In this document: positions 59,576 through 64,000 of the stretch, one piece after another
Layout of the letters: the number at the start of each line of letters is the position of its first letter
Numbering within the stretch: position 1 is the first letter of the stretch
Source: an uncultured beta proteobacterium
GTDB taxonomy: Bacteria; Pseudomonadota; Gammaproteobacteria; Burkholderiales; SG8-39
Assembly (NCBI GenBank): GCA_963716855.1
Contig: CAVQUV010000002.1
Location: 170,758-234,757, forward strand
Length of the DNA stretch: 64,000 bases
Direction of reading: 5' to 3'
The notes under the pieces: model-generated
The model's database searches: none
Told to the model about the DNA's origin: nothing
The model's input: only the letters and a program-made list of their open reading frames with translations
Program-made: the position numbers and the translations under genes

Positions 59576-60902
59576 TTATTTGCGTAGGGAATTCTGCCAC
59601 AACGCGGTGCGCTTTTCCAACATTCGGGGGTCGATTTGCTGGAGGACGCGATCCTCCAACAGCGCGCGGCCCCCGACCCAAACGTGGGTGACGTGCTCCC
59701 GCCCACAGGCGTAGACCAGGTGTGAAACCGGGTCGTAACAGGGCTGCGTTTCGGGTTGCCCCAGCGTGACCGCGCACAGATCGGCCGACATGCCGGGCGC
59801 AATCGTTCCGATCCGCGACTCCAGGCCGAGCGCGCGGGCGCCGCCGAGGGTCGCGCAGCGCAGCGCAACGTGTGCGGGCAAGGCGTCGGCCCGCCCTGCG
59901 ACCGCTTTCGCCAGCAGCGCCGCGGTGCGCATCTCCATGGAACATGTCGAGGCGGTTGTTGCTCGCCGCACCGTCGGTCCCGATCCCGACGTTGACGCCC
60001 GCCGCCAGCAGGCCGGCGATGGGAGCGAACCCGCTCGCGAGCTTCAGGTTCGACGACGGGCAGTGCGCGACGGAGCAGCCGTTGCGGGCCAGGGTGGCGA
60101 TCTCCGCCGGGTCGAGGTGAATCGCGTGGACGCCGATCAGCCGCGGGCTGGCGAGCCCGAGGGCCTCGAGGCGTTCGAGCGGGCGCTTCCCGTGGACCTC
60201 GATGCTTTCGCGGACTTCCTCCGCGGTCTCGTGGAGGTGGATGTGGACCGGCAGATCGAGTTCCTCGGCGAGGACTGCGATCCGCGCGAACGTCCGGTCG
60301 GACACCGTGTACGGCGCGTGCGGCGCGATGCAGAACGAGAGCCGTTCCTCCGCCCCGAGGCGGTCGCGCAGCGCCAGCCCTTTCGCGAGGTAGTCGTCCG
60401 CGTCGGACGCGTAGGCGCTCGGGAACTCGACCGCGATCAGCCCGATGCCGGCCCGCATGCCGCTGTCGATGCAGGCGCGCGCGGCAGCCTCCGGGAAGAA
60501 ATACATGTCGTTGAAGAAGGTGACCCCGCCGCGCAGCATCTCCGCACACGCGAGCAGCGTGCCGTCATAGACGAACTCGGGCGACACGTGCTCAAGTTCG
60601 ACCGGCCAGACGTGATCCTTGAGCCACTCCATCAGCGGCCGGTCGTCGGCGAGGCCGCGCATCAGGCTCATCGCCGCATGCGTGTGCAGGTTCACCAGGC
60701 CCGGGATCAGGACGTGCTCGCGCAGCGTGACGCGCTGGGCCGTCGAGTAGGCGCGGGTGGCCTCCGGTGAGGGCAGTACCGCGGCAATGCGTCCGGCGCG
60801 GACGACGACGCTGTGATCTTCGAGGACCACGCCGTCGGGCTCGACCGGTACGACCCAGCGCGCGTCGATGACGAGGTCGGCGGCGGCGGGCGGGTTGGCC
60901 AT
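59576..60902 (-). pseudogene. TRZ/ATZ-family amidohydrolase (MtaD-like 5-methylthioadenosine/S-adenosylhomocysteine deaminase), +1 shift near nt 59940
   Basis: MANPPAAADLVIDARWVVPVEP...LIPGLVNLHTHAAMSL...HIHLHET...AHCPSSN...GTDGAASNNRLDMF in ORF 59400..60902. It continues as EMRTAALLAK...GGARALGLE...GMSADL in ORF 59576..59971. Confidence 0.85.
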
Positions 60903-61054
60903 CGGAGCGTGCGGATACTACCGCATCCGTTCTCGAAGCCCGCGATTTCGCGGCTCGCGAACCTTGGACCGTGAAGGTCCTGGATGCTAAAATTCCACGC
61001 TTTGCACGGGCTCGATTGCGCCCGGCCGTCACCCGAAAAACAAGCCCCGCCTGA

Positions 61055-63663
<2,609 letters not shown>

Positions 63664-63667
<4 letters not shown>

Positions 63668-64000
63668 GAGTGTTCAATTTCAGCGCCGGGCCGGCGGTGC
63701 TTCCGGAGGCGGTCCTCCGGCAGGCGGCCGCCGAGATGCTCGACTGGCACGGCAGCGAGATGTCCGTGATGGAGATGAGCCATCGCGGCAAGGAGTTCAT
63801 CGCCATCGCGGAGGAGGCGGAGGCGAGCCTCCGCGACCTGCTGGCGATCCCGGCGAACTACAAGGTCCTGTTCCTGCAGGGCGGTGCGACGCTGCAGTTC
63901 GCGATGGTCCCGATGAACCTGCTGCGCGGGAAGGGCTCGGCCGACTACGTCAACACCGGCGAGTGGTCGAAGAAGGCGATCAAGGAGGCGCAGAACTTCT
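63664..64000 (+). CDS. serC: Phosphoserine aminotransferase SerC, N-terminal part (3' end lies outside the window)
   Basis: GTG 63664 overlaps the gyrA stop. The translation [45 protein letters not shown]...[18 protein letters not shown] is typical SerC. The frame is open to the window end. Confidence 0.88.

Noticed and set aside
58807-60549. A 580-aa ORF fusing ompA copy 2 to a long N-terminal extension.
   Set aside because: The extension is antisense to the MtaD-like amidohydrolase and has nonsense composition. The OmpA homolog starts at Met 59502 with a normal signal peptide.

Overview
High-GC (~68-70%) chromosomal segment that looks like a Burkholderiales-type betaproteobacterium. Supporting signals are the tmRNA tag ANDERFALAA and the core gene orders ompA-ubiG-gph and gyrA-serC. 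Left to right: (1) a System I cytochrome c maturation operon, ccmC(partial)DEFGHI. It is followed by an FNR-type box, an octaheme CxxCK cytochrome of the TvNiR nitrite-reductase type, a second CcmI/NrfG-like TPR protein, a frameshifted hemY, and a convergent formate/nitrite transporter. (2) A decayed acyl-CoA synthetase, a small DUF3563-like ORF, a LysR regulator, a Ser/Thr kinase fused to a cNMP-binding domain, and clpB behind a sigma-32-type promoter. (3) A ~16 kb co-directional supercluster (17.7-33.6 kb). It holds two NMT1/COG0715-type ABC transporters, a COG0402 amidohydrolase and two complete CoxMSL-type molybdenum hydroxylases that are not CO dehydrogenases. A COG0523 GTPase and a TauE/SafE permease sit between the two hydroxylases. 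(4) A lower-GC islet with a diguanylate cyclase whose periplasmic sensor is the same NMT1-type fold, plus an orphan phage gpV/gp5-like spike protein. (5) An operon of two UbiD-family (de)carboxylases and two amidohydrolase_2 paralogs, with no UbiX in the window. (6) Housekeeping and catabolic genes: adhC, two secreted YqgE/AlgH paralogs, tag, gcdH, 3-hydroxyacyl-CoA dehydrogenase, usp, an acyl-CoA synthetase, a DUF748 giant protein, pxpBCA, ssrA, gph, ubiG, two tandem ompA, an MtaD-like deaminase, gyrA and serC(partial). Non-genic structure includes a 94-bp tandem array of REPIN-like inverted REP doublets, a relic copy of the gcdH 3' end next to a perfect palindrome, 14-bp and 15-bp direct repeats, and several hairpin terminators. 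At least ten genes are interrupted by frameshifts, and every one is a +1 shift (one extra base). That points to systematic insertion errors in the assembly rather than true pseudogenes. No CRISPR array, rRNA, tRNA, transposase or integrase was seen. The best candidates for uncharacterised biology are the duplicated ABC/Mo-hydroxylase supercluster with its matching sensor cyclase, the UbiD2/amidohydrolase2 operon, and the ccm-linked octaheme nitrite reductase module.
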